60,117 bases of DNA from the IMG/VR virus record IMGVR_UViG_3300042310_000265, positions 1 to 60,117 of that record; one strand, written 5' to 3'. This DNA comes from a virus (taxonomy: Duplodnaviria; Caudoviricetes). Of the stretch, positions 1-11,000 are shown in pieces (position 1 is the first letter of the stretch; each line of letters starts with the position of its first letter). The notes under the pieces are model-generated. The model was not told where the DNA came from. It did not search any database and saw only the letters and a program-made list of their open reading frames with translations. The translations under genes were made by a program, and so were the position numbers.

Positions 1-186
1 AACTCGACTGGCTCATTCATTACTGTTTCGTTCAATGTTTCACCTCCGTCTGGTGTTACAACATTTCGCTTCTTTCAAGGTTCAACATCAGGCACTTGGG
101 GCGTAGGAACTTTGACAGGCGTCCCTGTTGGAACAACAGCAACCTATAATTCAACAAACTCAACCCTTTCAGTTACAGTCCCATGA
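1..186 (+). CDS. 3' fragment of a beta-rich fibre/adhesin-like protein (5' truncated)
   Basis: Frame 1 is open from base 1 to TGA at 184-186 (NSTGSFITVSF...YNSTNSTLSVTVP), Ser/Thr/Gly-rich, with an ATGA overlap with the next gene. Probably the end of the gene starting at 59766. Confidence 0.6.
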   Translation, partial: NSTGSFITVSFNVSPPSGVTTFRFFQGSTSGTWGVGTLTGVPVGTTATYNSTNSTLSVTVP

Positions 187-389
187 TCATTACTCCAAGC
201 GCAAATGGCTGGTCATACGACGATTCTGTAGGAAAATGGAAATTGGCATATGAAGATAAAACAATTATTTTCTACCAACAAACAGACCAATCCATTGCAA
301 CTCCTCAAACATTATTTGTAGGGACAGAAGCCGAGTGCGAAGAGCAAATAAAGAATTTAGGTCTAACTTATATGCCAGAAGCAAATTGA
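183..389 (+). CDS. hypothetical protein
   Basis: 68-aa ORF coupled to the upstream stop by ATGA. Confidence 0.6.
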   Translation: MIITPSANGWSYDDSVGKWKLAYEDKTIIFYQQTDQSIATPQTLFVGTEAECEEQIKNLGLTYMPEAN

Positions 390-393
390 TTTT

Positions 394-684
394 ATGGAAG
401 AAAATATTTTACAAACAATAGATTTTGCCGCAACTAAAAGCGATAGGTTTTTATTTGTGGGATTACTACTCGTTGGAATTATAGCCGCAAGCATCATTTT
501 TAAATATCTGACATCTAGATTGGATCAGGTTGAGAAAAAAATGGAACAAGTTCAGGTTGATTTTAATACCCACCTCCGAACAGCAAACAAAGAAATGATG
601 GAAATCCTGTCGATTAGCAACCAAGCAATTGGTAAAAATATGTTGATTTTGGATCGAATCGAAAGGAAGATCGAAACATTATGA
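394..684 (+). CDS. membrane protein of lysis cassette (holin-like or i-spanin-like)
   Basis: One N-terminal TM segment (FLFVGLLLVGIIAASIIF) followed by a coiled-coil-like tail; lies upstream of the endolysin. Confidence 0.5.
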   Translation: MEENILQTIDFAATKSDRFLFVGLLLVGIIAASIIFKYLTSRLDQVEKKMEQVQVDFNTHLRTANKEMMEILSISNQAIGKNMLILDRIERKIETL

Positions 685-839
685 ATCCTAAACAAATTGC
701 GCTTGGTTTAATTTTAATGTCTTTTGCGTTTCTTGCTCTCGCACTCTTGACAGGATGCACAACTTTAGGTATTTCGTTAGAGACACAATACGGCAGGTTC
801 ACTTATGAACTGCCAGAACCAACAGGAACAAAGAAATGA
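681..839 (+). CDS. small lipoprotein (possible o-spanin); not in ORF track
   Basis: MNPKQIALGLILMSFAFLALALLTGCTTLG...: signal peptide with lipobox LLTG-C; ATGA overlaps on both sides. Confidence 0.6.
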   Translation: MNPKQIALGLILMSFAFLALALLTGCTTLGISLETQYGRFTYELPEPTGTKK

Positions 840-1009
840 AAATCGTAAATATCGTATTAGAACGACTCTCGGAGAATAGCACATGGCGTGGTTTACTCCT
901 TATCGCTACGGCACTTGGAGTAAAACTTGAGCCAGACCTTCAGAACGCTATTTTAGCGGCAGGTTTAGGCGCAATCGGATTAATTAATGTGGTTCGTAAA
1001 GGAAAATGA
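836..1009 (+). CDS. putative holin, two hydrophobic segments; not in ORF track
   Basis: [57 protein letters not shown]; basic C-terminus; ATGA overlap with the endolysin. Confidence 0.6.
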   Translation: MKIVNIVLERLSENSTWRGLLLIATALGVKLEPDLQNAILAAGLGAIGLINVVRKGK

Positions 1010-1539
1010 TTCCCGATTCTCGCCCACAACAGAAAAAAGACGCAACTTTGAAGTTGCTAATTAAAGCAGGAGTTAAAGATTCTGTAGCTTTAGTTGGCAT
1101 TCGCGGTTACTATCTCGATTCGATGGGCGAGAAAGGAAAAAATGATCGAGGCATTTACGATGATGCGATTTTCGTAGTTTCGCCTGAAGCGTATGTTTCT
1201 TTCAACGCAAATACCGATCCTACTGTTTATCGCAAAGGCATTGCCTCTCTAGTCCCCGGAGTTCACATTTACAAAAAAGGCAAACATGGCATTTCCAAGG
1301 GTCCGGGGTATCCAGCCTTGCGTCCTGCGACAAAAGACGAAGCATTGCCTGTTTATCGCGATGGCGAGGGCATTTCGATTGGCTATCATATCAACATCCA
1401 TCGCGGAGGCAAATCTACCTCATCACTAGGTTGTCAGACGATTCCTTCATCGCAATACGACTCGTTCATCACTTTAGTTTACGATCAAATGGATCGATTT
1501 TCACAAAAAACAATTCCGTATCTTTTAATTGAGGCTTAA
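1006..1539 (+). CDS. putative endolysin, L,D-transpeptidase (YkuD)-like cysteine peptidase
   Basis: Motif INIHRGG-x4-SLGCQT matches the His...S-x-G-C catalytic signature; follows holin-like genes. Confidence 0.65.
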   Translation: MIPDSRPQQKKDATLKLLIKAGVKDSVALVGIRGYYLDSMGEKGKNDRGIYDDAIFVVSPEAYVSFNANTDPTVYRKGIASLVPGVHIYKKGKHGISKGPGYPALRPATKDEALPVYRDGEGISIGYHINIHRGGKSTSSLGCQTIPSSQYDSFITLVYDQMDRFSQKTIPYLLIEA

Positions 1540-1541
1540 TT

Positions 1542-3560
1542 ATGAGTTGCAACAACGATAACTACAACAACATCTGCCGTCAGGACATTCCATATCCGCA
1601 AGTTTCTCCTGAAAGCGTACCTTCGCTAATTTCTAATCTTGTTCAAGCACTCTATGGAACGATCAGTAAAAGTGTTGTAGATGGACGGGTGGTCTGGGAC
1701 ATTCCTTGCGACCCTAATAATAGCGCGGAAGTAGATAATATTCCACGCGAAGAAGGCGAAGGATTACTTTGCTACCTTCTGCGTTTATTTGCAAATTCGC
1801 TTGATAGCTTTGGTTCATTTTTGCGATGGGGATTTTCTGGTTCTGGACAAACAGAATTTACTCTTACTGGTGCATATCAACCTGATCGCAATGCTTATTT
1901 GGCATATATCGATGGGGTTGTCCAAGACCCGATCAATTATACAATTTCTACAACTCTCCCGCGAGTTTTAACGCTTGATACTCCTCTTCCTTCTGGCTCA
2001 TTTCTTACTATCGTAGAACTTTCTAGCCGCGCAGGAGCGACAGGCGCGACAGGAGCGGTTGGAGCCACGGGAATTGGAGCCACGGGAAGCACGGGAGCAG
2101 TAGGCTCCACAGGAAGCACGGGGCCAATCGGAGCAACTGGTTTCGGTTTAACAGGTTCTACGGGCGCAACAGGAATTGCAGGACCAGTTGGAGCCACAGG
2201 GTCAGGTCAAACAGGAAGCACGGGAGCGACTGGATTACAAGGGCTTGTGGGGCAAGTTGGCGCGACAGGAAGCACGGGATTACGAGGAACCACAGGAGCA
2301 AGCGGAATTTCTCCTGCTATTACTCGTCAAAGTTTTACTGCTCACGATATTACCACAGGTTACAAGCAATTTGATTATTATCCTTCCGCTCCTATTGGCT
2401 GGACTTACGGCACTCGACTTCGCGCAGTAGCTAATTCTGCGTATCCTTACGATTGGGTCGAAGGAAATGTCATGGAGGTGAACGATTCTTGGGTTCGACT
2501 CTGGATTGATACCGCTCAAGGTGCTGGGAATTTCGCTGATTGGATGATTGGCATTGCAGGAGATGGTGGATTGGGAGCGACCGGGCCGATTGGCGCGACA
2601 GGAAGCACAGGTCCAGTTGGATCGACGGGCGCGGGAACCACCGGGGCTACGGGCGTAGACGGGCCAGTCGGAGCCACGGGAAGTACCGGGCCAGTCGGAG
2701 CCACAGGCGCGGGAACCACCGGGGCCACGGGCGTAGACGGGCCAGTCGGAGCCACGGGAAGCACGGGGCCAGAGGGAGCCACGGGATCAGGAAGCACGGG
2801 AGCCACAGGTCCAGTAGGCGCGACAGGTTTGCCGGGGCAATCTGCATCTTTCTATAATTATCAAGCAGACGCAGTAAATACATCTGGAGTTCCTGCGAAT
2901 GGAAGAATTATTTGGGATAATCTCACTCAAGCATCTGCGACAACTGTAACATTGTCGCATCTTGATTCGCTCGGAAATGACATTGATGTTTTCTTCCCAT
3001 TGTTCAAAACAGGTGACAACTTTGTAATCCAAGATCAAGGCAATTCTAATAATTATCAGACTTGGGAAATTTCCGCGACTCCGACTGTAGTTGTTAATAG
3101 TTATGTAACTATTCCTGTGACATTAGTTACTTCTGGAGGAACTTCGCAATTTGCAGACGCACAGAATTTGTTGTTTGCTATTGTTAGCTCTGGACTTGTA
3201 GGAGCTACTGGTCCCGTTGGAGCAACTGGAGTTGCAGGAAATGATGGCGCGACAGGAAGCACGGGAGCAGTTGGAGCCACGGGAAATGTTGGTGCGACTG
3301 GAGTTGGAGAACAAGGCGCAACAGGACCAGAAGGCGCAATAGGACCAGAAGGCGCAACGGGACCAGTAGGCGCAACAGGAATTGGTGGAGGTGGCGCAAC
3401 TGGAGCAGGAACGGATGCGGTATTTTTCCTTAATGATCAGTCTGTAACAGCAAGTTATTCTATTCCATTAACAAAAAACGCACTTACCGCAGGGCCAATT
3501 ACAATCGACTCTGGAGTTACTGTGACAGTCCCAACTGGATCAGCTTGGACAGTAGTATAA
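1542..3560 (+). CDS. collagen-like fibre protein
   Basis: Long G-X-Y runs (GAT/GST/GPV) separated by globular domains. Confidence 0.8.
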   Translation: MSCNNDNYNNICRQDIPYPQVSPESVPSLISNLVQALYGTISKSVVDGRVVWDIPCDPNNSAEVDNIPREEGEGLLCYLLRLFANSLDSFGSFLRWGFSGSGQTEFTLTGAYQPDRNAYLAYIDGVVQDPINYTISTTLPRVLTLDTPLPSGSFLTIVELSSRAGATGATGAVGATGIGATGSTGAVGSTGSTGPIGATGFGLTGSTGATGIAGPVGATGSGQTGSTGATGLQGLVGQVGATGSTGLRGTTGASGISPAITRQSFTAHDITTGYKQFDYYPSAPIGWTYGTRLRAVANSAYPYDWVEGNVMEVNDSWVRLWIDTAQGAGNFADWMIGIAGDGGLGATGPIGATGSTGPVGSTGAGTTGATGVDGPVGATGSTGPVGATGAGTTGATGVDGPVGATGSTGPEGATGSGSTGATGPVGATGLPGQSASFYNYQADAVNTSGVPANGRIIWDNLTQASATTVTLSHLDSLGNDIDVFFPLFKTGDNFVIQDQGNSNNYQTWEISATPTVVVNSYVTIPVTLVTSGGTSQFADAQNLLFAIVSSGLVGATGPVGATGVAGNDGATGSTGAVGATGNVGATGVGEQGATGPEGAIGPEGATGPVGATGIGGGGATGAGTDAVFFLNDQSVTASYSIPLTKNALTAGPITIDSGVTVTVPTGSAWTVV

Positions 3561-3572
3561 AATAATAAAATT

Positions 3573-4478
3573 ATGCCAATCTCAATAAATGCAATTACTG
3601 GAATCGTGAACGCTACTTGGACGACAGCAACTCGTCCAGTAAGTCCAACTGTTAGTCAGACAGGATACAATACAACTCTATCACGCTTTGAATGGTATGA
3701 CGGAACGCAATGGATGACTTATTCTGACACAAATAGAAGCGATGAAGTCATTCAAACATTTCTCGCTTCAACGACATTTACAGTCCCAGCAGGTATTACC
3801 AACATCGCTGAAGTCCTTGTTGTTGCAGGTGGCGGGTCGGGTGGAAGATATTATGCAGGCGGCGGTGGTGGTGGTGGTGTGATTTACCAAACCAATTTCC
3901 CAGTTACTCCCAGCGCATCACTTACAGTAACAGTAGGTGCTGGGGGAGCTTCAGTATCTGTTGATTCAGTTGGAAATAACGGAGGCAATTCTGTATTTGG
4001 ATCATTGATTGCAATAGGCGGCGGCGGTGGTGGTTCATATAACACAGTTCCATATGTTGGACGAACTGGAGGATCTGGCGGCGGCGGTGGATATGGGGGA
4101 TTTGCTGGAGGCTCTGGAACAGTTGGGCAAGGGTATGCTGGAGGAGTTGGAGCAACTACTGCAAACTACGGAGGTGGCGGCGGTGGTGGGGCTACAAATG
4201 TAGGATCAACAGCAAACGACACATCAGGCGGAAATGGAGGAAATGGATTTATATCTTCTATTAGCGGAATCTCCTCGACTTATGGTGGTGGTGGCGGTGG
4301 AGCAGCGACTTCAAGACCGGGAGGCACAGGAGGAACTGGTGGTGGTGGGAACGGAGGGAATGCAACTACATTTCCAACAAATGGACAAGCCAATACTGGA
4401 GGCGGCGGCGGCGGTGGTGGCCAAAGTGCAGGATTATCAGGCGCAGGCGGTTCTGGAATTGTAATCATTAAATACTAA
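3573..4478 (+). CDS. glycine-rich fibre/adhesin protein
   Basis: VLVVAGGGSGG...ANTGGGGGG...GGSGIVIIKY glycine-rich domain typical of phage fibre tips. Confidence 0.75.
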   Translation: MPISINAITGIVNATWTTATRPVSPTVSQTGYNTTLSRFEWYDGTQWMTYSDTNRSDEVIQTFLASTTFTVPAGITNIAEVLVVAGGGSGGRYYAGGGGGGGVIYQTNFPVTPSASLTVTVGAGGASVSVDSVGNNGGNSVFGSLIAIGGGGGGSYNTVPYVGRTGGSGGGGGYGGFAGGSGTVGQGYAGGVGATTANYGGGGGGGATNVGSTANDTSGGNGGNGFISSISGISSTYGGGGGGAATSRPGGTGGTGGGGNGGNATTFPTNGQANTGGGGGGGGQSAGLSGAGGSGIVIIKY

Positions 4479-4482
4479 AAAT

Positions 4483-4773
4483 ATGAGACTCGCACAAATT
4501 CAAAACGAAGTAGTAGTCAATGTTCTAATTGCTGATGAAGTTTTTCCAAGCACACCTACCGATACCTACATCGAATCTGACACCGCAGGCATTGGATGGA
4601 TATACAAAGACGGAGAACTATCTCCTCCTCCGATAGACATTGATGCGCTTCGTCATACTGCTTATGTCGCGGAGTCTGATCCCATCTTTTTTAAGTATCA
4701 AAGAGATGAAGCAACCAAAGAAGAATGGCTTGCTAAAGTCGAAGAAATCAAAGCTCGTTACCCAAGGAACTAA
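4483..4773 (+). CDS. small fibre-associated protein (chaperone-like)
   Basis: Directly follows the glycine-rich gene; ends ESDPIFFKYQR...EIKARYP. Confidence 0.55.
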   Translation: MRLAQIQNEVVVNVLIADEVFPSTPTDTYIESDTAGIGWIYKDGELSPPPIDIDALRHTAYVAESDPIFFKYQRDEATKEEWLAKVEEIKARYPRN

Positions 4774-4774
4774 T

Positions 4775-5746
4775 ATGCCAATTATCTTAAACGGAGGAAC
4801 AGGAATTGTAAATTCCATCTGGACAACGGCAACTCGTCCATCAAGCCCAACGCAAGGTCAGATGGGCTACAATACTACTACTGGTAATCCAGAATGGTAT
4901 GACACTCAAAGCTCTACTTGGAAATTCTTTTCTCAATCTGGTGGAACATATTCCATTGACTTTTTAATTGTTGCTGGCGGAGGTGGCGGTGGTATAGCTT
5001 ATGGTGGCGGTGGCGGAGCAGGTGGACTTATTGCTGGTTCTTCTGTTGTAACTCCTACTACACTATATACGATTACAGTTGGTGCTGGAGGAGCAACAGG
5101 TTCAATTGGTAATACATCATTTATTTCAACAATTGCTAGTGCTACTGCTGGTGGTTTTGGCGGTGCTGGCGGTGTAAATACTTCAGGTGGCAATGGCGGT
5201 TCAGGTGGAGGCGGTGCAGGCACAGGTGTAGGCGGCTCTGGCACAAGCGGTCAAGGTAGTAGTGGTGGAGCTGGTTACGATAGCTCACCTTATTTTGCTG
5301 GCGGAGGCGGAGGCGGACAATCTAGCGCAGGTTCAGCGGCAATCCCATTAAATGCTGGCAACGGCGGCGCAGGTTACACCAGTAGTATTAGTGGAAGCAG
5401 TCTTACCTATAGCGGAGGAGGTGGCGGTGGTCATTACAATGCGGGTAATGGTGGCAATGGTGGAGCAGGTGGCGGAGGTGGCGGTGGATGTAATACTAAT
5501 GGCACTCCGGGCACTGGTGGCAGCAATGGAGGTTCTTCGGGTTCAACTTCAGGCGGTGGTTCTGGCGGTGTGAATACTGGAGGCGGCGGTGGTGCTGGTG
5601 GAATCATCAATAACGGCGGTGCTGGTGGTTCTGGAATCGTGGTTCTTCGCTATCTCGGTTCACAACGCGGCACTGGCGGAACAGTTACTACATCTGGCGG
5701 ATACACAATTCATACATTCACTTCATCAGGAACTTATGTAGCTTAA
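4775..5746 (+). CDS. glycine-rich fibre/adhesin protein, paralog of 3573..4478
   Basis: Start moved to ATG 4775 (MPIILNGGTGIVNSIWTTATRP), which aligns with the N-terminus of 3573; same glycine-rich domain. Confidence 0.75.
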   Translation: MPIILNGGTGIVNSIWTTATRPSSPTQGQMGYNTTTGNPEWYDTQSSTWKFFSQSGGTYSIDFLIVAGGGGGGIAYGGGGGAGGLIAGSSVVTPTTLYTITVGAGGATGSIGNTSFISTIASATAGGFGGAGGVNTSGGNGGSGGGGAGTGVGGSGTSGQGSSGGAGYDSSPYFAGGGGGGQSSAGSAAIPLNAGNGGAGYTSSISGSSLTYSGGGGGGHYNAGNGGNGGAGGGGGGGCNTNGTPGTGGSNGGSSGSTSGGGSGGVNTGGGGGAGGIINNGGAGGSGIVVLRYLGSQRGTGGTVTTSGGYTIHTFTSSGTYVA

Positions 5747-5750
5747 TATT

Positions 5751-6101
5751 ATGGCACACTACGCAAAAATAACAGACTGCAAAGTAACGAGTGTAATCGT
5801 TGCTGAAAAAGAATTCTTCGACACTTTCGTGGATAACACACCCGGAGAATGGATTCAAACATCCTACAACACTCATGGTGGCGTTCATGCTTTAGGCGGA
5901 ACTCCACTTCGCAAGAACTATGCTGGCGTTGGATTTTCTTACGACAAAGTAAAAGATGCATTCATTCCTCCAAAACCATTTGAAAGCTGGAGTCTCAATG
6001 AAGATACCTGTCTCTGGGATGCACCAACTCCTTATCCAGAAGATGGAAAAGATTACACATGGGACGAAGCAACTTTAAGTTGGGTAGAAGTAACTAAATA
6101 A
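5751..6101 (+). CDS. conserved phage protein accompanying glycine-rich fibres
   Basis: WIQTSYN...LRKNYAGVGFSYD...DAFIPPKPFESW pattern. Confidence 0.65.
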   Translation: MAHYAKITDCKVTSVIVAEKEFFDTFVDNTPGEWIQTSYNTHGGVHALGGTPLRKNYAGVGFSYDKVKDAFIPPKPFESWSLNEDTCLWDAPTPYPEDGKDYTWDEATLSWVEVTK

Positions 6102-6105
6102 TTTT

Positions 6106-6633
6106 ATGGCAACATCATTTACACTACAAAACGATCCTGCTTTGCCTCAAGGGTATCTCAAGGTCAATGGATCAACCTCTGCTACATTCACTACGAGTGG
6201 AATTACAGGAAACTTGACTGGAAATGTGACTGGAAATGTGACTGGAAACTTGACTGGAAATGTGACTGGTAACGCTGATACTTCTACGAAGTTCTCAACT
6301 ACGACTGGTTCTGCTCCAACTTACGCCTGCCGTGCATGGGTGAACTTTGACGGAACACGCGATACTACTGGTGCGGTTAGCACAGCAAATACAAATCGTT
6401 TCATCCGCTCAAGTGGCAATGTGACGAGTGTGTTGAGAACATCAAATGGTGGTTATACAATTACAATGACAACTCCAATGAGTGATGCGAATTATTGTGT
6501 TACTGCTGTAACAGATGTAAGATCAACAACAACTACCACAACATTTACATCAAGTCAATTTTCTATAAATTGTTATGGATCAGCAGGATTTGGCACAGAC
6601 CCAAGTTATGCTTTTTGTTCAGTAATTCAATAA
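6106..6633 (+). CDS. tail fibre-like protein
   Basis: GN[LV]T repeats then a CRAWVNFDG...GNVTSV fibre-tip-type domain. Confidence 0.65.
   Translation: MATSFTLQNDPALPQGYLKVNGSTSATFTTSGITGNLTGNVTGNVTGNLTGNVTGNADTSTKFSTTTGSAPTYACRAWVNFDGTRDTTGAVSTANTNRFIRSSGNVTSVLRTSNGGYTITMTTPMSDANYCVTAVTDVRSTTTTTTFTSSQFSINCYGSAGFGTDPSYAFCSVIQ
6208..6273 (+). repeat. 12-bp tandem repeat (GGAAAC/TT/GTGACT) encoding GN[LV]T
   Basis: About 5 units visible; a similar GGTAATGTTACT x3 array lies at about 6750-6791. Confidence 0.8.
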
Positions 6634-6644
6634 AACTAATTATT

Positions 6645-7418
6645 ATGCCGCTAACTAAAGCAACTCAAGCAGTAATTGCTCCAAATATCTGTACGACAGA
6701 TACAACGCAAACAATTACTGGTAATAAAACATTTACTAATTCAATTAATGGTAATGTTACTGGTAATGTTACTGGTAATGTTACTGGTAATGCAGGAACG
6801 GCAACAATCCTACAAACGGAAAGAACTATTCAAATTTCTGGTGCTATTACTGGAACTGCGACTTCTTTTAATGGTGGCTCAAATATTGTTATTCCTGCAA
6901 CAATTTCATCTGGAGCAACAATTACATCTCCAATTATTTCTGGTATTGTTATTGGGGCTACCGGAGCGCAATTACCAAGTACATTAATTTATGGTGTAAT
7001 AGATGGATCAAGCGGAGCATCTGGATTTGTTGGTCAAATAGTATCTTCAACTGTTGCTGTTGGAAGTGCAATTGCATTGACAACTAATACTACTGCAAAT
7101 GTAACGAGTATTTCATTACCTATTGGAGAATGGTATGTAAATGGTCAAGTGGATTATCGTGCAGGCGCAACAACAAGCATTACAATTCTTGCACAAGGTA
7201 TTAGTCAAACATCAGCAACACTTGGAGGGCAAGATACATTTTCTCGATCTGTAATGTCGGCAGTTGTTCCAACTGCGGCTAATGATATTGGAATTCCAAT
7301 TCGTGGTCAAAGAATTGTATTAACTGCTCAAACTACAATTTATTTAGTTGCTACAGGAACTTTTACAGTTTCCACTTTATCCGCTTACGGAACAATTGAA
7401 GCAAGAAGGATTCGTTAA
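6645..7418 (+). CDS. tail fibre-like protein
   Basis: Start moved to ATG 6645 (MPLTKATQ); TQTITGNKTF and GNVT repeats; beta-rich C-terminal domain. Confidence 0.65.
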   Translation: MPLTKATQAVIAPNICTTDTTQTITGNKTFTNSINGNVTGNVTGNVTGNAGTATILQTERTIQISGAITGTATSFNGGSNIVIPATISSGATITSPIISGIVIGATGAQLPSTLIYGVIDGSSGASGFVGQIVSSTVAVGSAIALTTNTTANVTSISLPIGEWYVNGQVDYRAGATTSITILAQGISQTSATLGGQDTFSRSVMSAVVPTAANDIGIPIRGQRIVLTAQTTIYLVATGTFTVSTLSAYGTIEARRIR

Positions 7419-7419
7419 T

Positions 7420-7797
7420 ATGCCATACACTACACAAAAAGCAGAATTGCCAGAAGGTTTTATTGATTTAGGCGAAGAAGTTCCTTCTATGGGAATGACT
7501 GAAATTGAAATTGAAACTCCGAAAAGCGAATATCACTATCCATCGTTGTATTTTGACAATGCAGAAGAATTAAGTAAGTTGCCAAAAGAAGGAACTGCTG
7601 TTATCCATTTCAAAAAAGTCATGGAGAAAAAAGAAGTTACGATGCGCGATGGCGAGGAGAAGAAAAGGCATTGCGTGGAATTGCAAATTTGTGGTATCAA
7701 ACCTAGTTCTATTTCTGAATCCGAAATGGAATCCGAGGAATACGATGACGAAGACGAAATTGAAAATGGATTAAACGAAGCTGAAGAAGAAGATTAA
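7420..7797 (+). CDS. acidic hypothetical protein
   Basis: Start moved to ATG 7420 (MPYTTQK), just after the upstream stop. Confidence 0.6.
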   Translation: MPYTTQKAELPEGFIDLGEEVPSMGMTEIEIETPKSEYHYPSLYFDNAEELSKLPKEGTAVIHFKKVMEKKEVTMRDGEEKKRHCVELQICGIKPSSISESEMESEEYDDEDEIENGLNEAEEED

Positions 7798-7801
7798 TTT
7801 T

Positions 7802-8092
7802 ATGAAAAACCCTAACTCACCCATGCCTGAAGAGGCTATGACTGACGAAATGTCCGCAATGCCTCCTATGCCTGCGGAGGGCGAGGTAATGATGAGCATC
7901 CCTAAATCGACCTTCGACCAATTACACGGCATCGTGGTGCAATTGGCAGAGGCTATTGACGCACTTGCTGTCAATGTCGAGCAACAGGCGGCAGGAGGTG
8001 GCGAGATGATGCCTCCTGAAACTCCTGAAGGCGAGATGGAAGATGCCGATCTTGCCGCATTTGCAGAAGAACTTTCCCGTGGTGCTGTCTAA
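7802..8092 (+). CDS. acidic hypothetical protein
   Basis: 96-aa ORF in a tightly packed operon. Confidence 0.6.
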   Translation: MKNPNSPMPEEAMTDEMSAMPPMPAEGEVMMSIPKSTFDQLHGIVVQLAEAIDALAVNVEQQAAGGGEMMPPETPEGEMEDADLAAFAEELSRGAV

Positions 8093-8094
8093 TC

Positions 8095-11000
8095 ATGTTT
8101 GTCTCGCAAATTTTCGAGGAATGCGCGGAAATTTTAGGCACGACAGACCAGACTAAAATTTTCCGCAAGATCAGTCAGGCAGTCCAGACTTTAATGGAGT
8201 CTGGACATTGGATGCATTCGACTGCGGAAGTCGATGTCTGCGCGGGTTGGGATGGTTGCTCTATTGCATTGCCTCGCGGCGTTTCTGTGCCGTTAGCAGT
8301 CAATGTAGACGGCAGTCCTACATACTTTCGCAATCGTTTATTTCAGTATCATGTAAACAAGGGTGGGAAATACAACTCCGTCGAGTGGGCATGGGATGAC
8401 CGAGGCTATGTTGCTACCTTAATGGAAATCATCCAGCCTTCCGAGTTGGTTGCGATTGCCGAATCTAGCAACGATGTCGGAAAAGTTCTTCGTATTATTG
8501 GCACAGACAATTTAAATCGAGATATCCGCAGTCAACTTCCAGACGGCACAGGTGTAGATGGGTTGCTTGTTCCTATCAACAGCATCTCTGACTTTCCTTA
8601 CGGCACAATTGCGCCATCTGGTTCTAATGTTAATACACGCGAAGTCTCAATTTCGCCGATTCAGCTATTTAAGTCTGCTACTGCCCATCAGTTAAATTCT
8701 GGTCAAGGAATGTCGGTCACGCCAATCCCAATCTCTGGGACCATTCCAGTTCCATTATCAAGTGGCAAAACTTATTACATCGGCGTTGTTGATGCGTTCA
8801 CGATTAAAATTTACAACGACTCATTAAACGCTCAAGCAGGAGATTACCCTATTTCATTACAATCAATTGTTGGTGCTGATCCACTTGAATTTCTTGATCA
8901 AAGGGCAAGCCGTGTTGTTACTGCATTACGATTTGCAACCGCTCCAACGATTGGCATTAGTAGTGCCAATCCCATTGTGTTTCCTGCTGGACAGACATTG
9001 CCTGCTCCTTTGAAGTCAGGAACAACTTATTTTGGCAATCTTTTAGATTCTACAAATCTTCAGATTTTCGAGACTGAAGAGAACGCTCAAAATAATTACA
9101 ACGAGGTTTACACGACTGGATCAATTGATCCTATCGATGTCGATATTCGTAAAGAGATTTTTCCTGAAACAAAGTTAACATTTACAGTCCCTCACTTGTT
9201 CGTTGATGGAGATCAAGTTGAGGCATTCACATCTGGTGGCGTATTGCCTCGTCCATTGATCAGCAACAAGAATTACTTTGTAAATATTATTGATTCAACC
9301 TCGGTAACACTTCACGAAAATCAAGCAGACGCAGTTGCATCAACTGGAACATTCTTTGTAAATCCTATCGTTCTTTTAACGCCCGGTAGTGGTGTGTTTT
9401 CGTTAGTGAAATTAATTCCCGCTACGGCAAGCGTTGGTAAAACAAATCAGATTTCTGCTCCGGGTCTGTCTATACCAGCACCATTAGGAGCAGGAGCGCA
9501 ATTTGCGGCAGTACCAGTTGGTTCTGTAACCTCTGTTCGCGTATCTGCTAGTGGTTCTGGATATACTACCGAACCAATTGTAACTTTTAGTGATCCACCA
9601 ACTCCTCCTGCTGGTCAGCAATCTCGTGTTGCAAAAGGATATGCAATTAGAAATTCTATAACTAATACAATTTCTGAAGTTATTATTACTGATTCTGGTC
9701 TTGGATATTCGTCTACTCCAACAGTAACAATTGACCCTCCTACAACTACAAATTTTACTGTTACTGGAATTACTACAAATCCAAGCACTTTAATTGCAAC
9801 AGCAACAACTGCTGTTGCTCATGGATTTGCTAATGGAAATCAAATTTTAATTTCTAATGCGTCTCCAAATGATTATAATGGCACAAAAACAATATCGAAT
9901 GTATCTACTAATACATTTACTTATGTTGTTGGTTCAGCTTTAGCAGATGCTACTGGTAATATTACTGCCGCTAGAGTTGCATCAGGTAACCAAGCTACTG
10001 CTACTGCCAGCATTACTACATCATTTATTTCAAAATTCACTCAAATTTCTGCTGGTTCTGGATATACTGAAGCACCACAGGTTAAAATTGAAGGTGGCGG
10101 TGGAACTGGAGCGACTGCAAAAGCAAATGTTTCTGGAGGACAAGTAACTTCGATTGATATCATCACTCAAGGAACTGGCTACACATCGCCGCCTAGTGTT
10201 ATACTTTCTCCTTCTACTGGAGTATTCATTGAATTTCAAAGTACAGGAACATTGCCGCAACCTTTAGTTGCGGGAACTGTGTATCGTGCAGAGAATCCTA
10301 CCGCAGGCAATACATTTACAATTAAAAACACAGATTATTCGGATGTTGATATTAAATCATCTGGTTCAGGAATATTGTATGTAGTTCTTTCTAGGGCTTT
10401 TGGAGTTTCGTTTACTGGAAACTGGAGAGGTGACTATGCATCTCTTGGTCAAACTCAAGGTTTTTACTTTGGAACTGATTTTCTTCTTCCAACAACTACT
10501 CCATCAATTGATAATGGTGTAACACAATTCTGGTTACGAAAAGATACTGATGAGTCTGGACGAGTTTATACTTCTGAAGCAAATGCAATTGCTGGAGGAA
10601 CTACTGGTAAAGTTGTAACAACTGCATTTGGAACAGGTCAAACATATTTTGGAATTCGTTTTACTGTAACTCCTAGCGTTTACGATGATTTAATTGAGCC
10701 AGATAACATTCAATTTATTGCAGATGATGAGATAGTTAATTTTAGCACATCTGGCACATTGCCATCTCCATTGATTGCTGGAACTAATTATACTGTAAAG
10801 CTATTCGGCAATCGTGTAAAAGTATACTCTGGCGGTGTGTTGGTTCCAATTGCAACGCCGGGGACAGGTCGATTGACGCTAGATATTCGCAGAGTAATGA
10901 TAGTCCAGCCTTCGACTAGCATTTATGCGCCTGCTTGCTTGTATGAAACTGGCGATTCCGTAACTGTTCGTGCAACTGAAAATGATGTATTACCAAGTGG

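Noticed and set aside
3573-7418. Diversity-generating retroelement acting on fibre genes
   Set aside because: No reverse transcriptase and no template/variable repeat pair with adenine-specific differences were seen.
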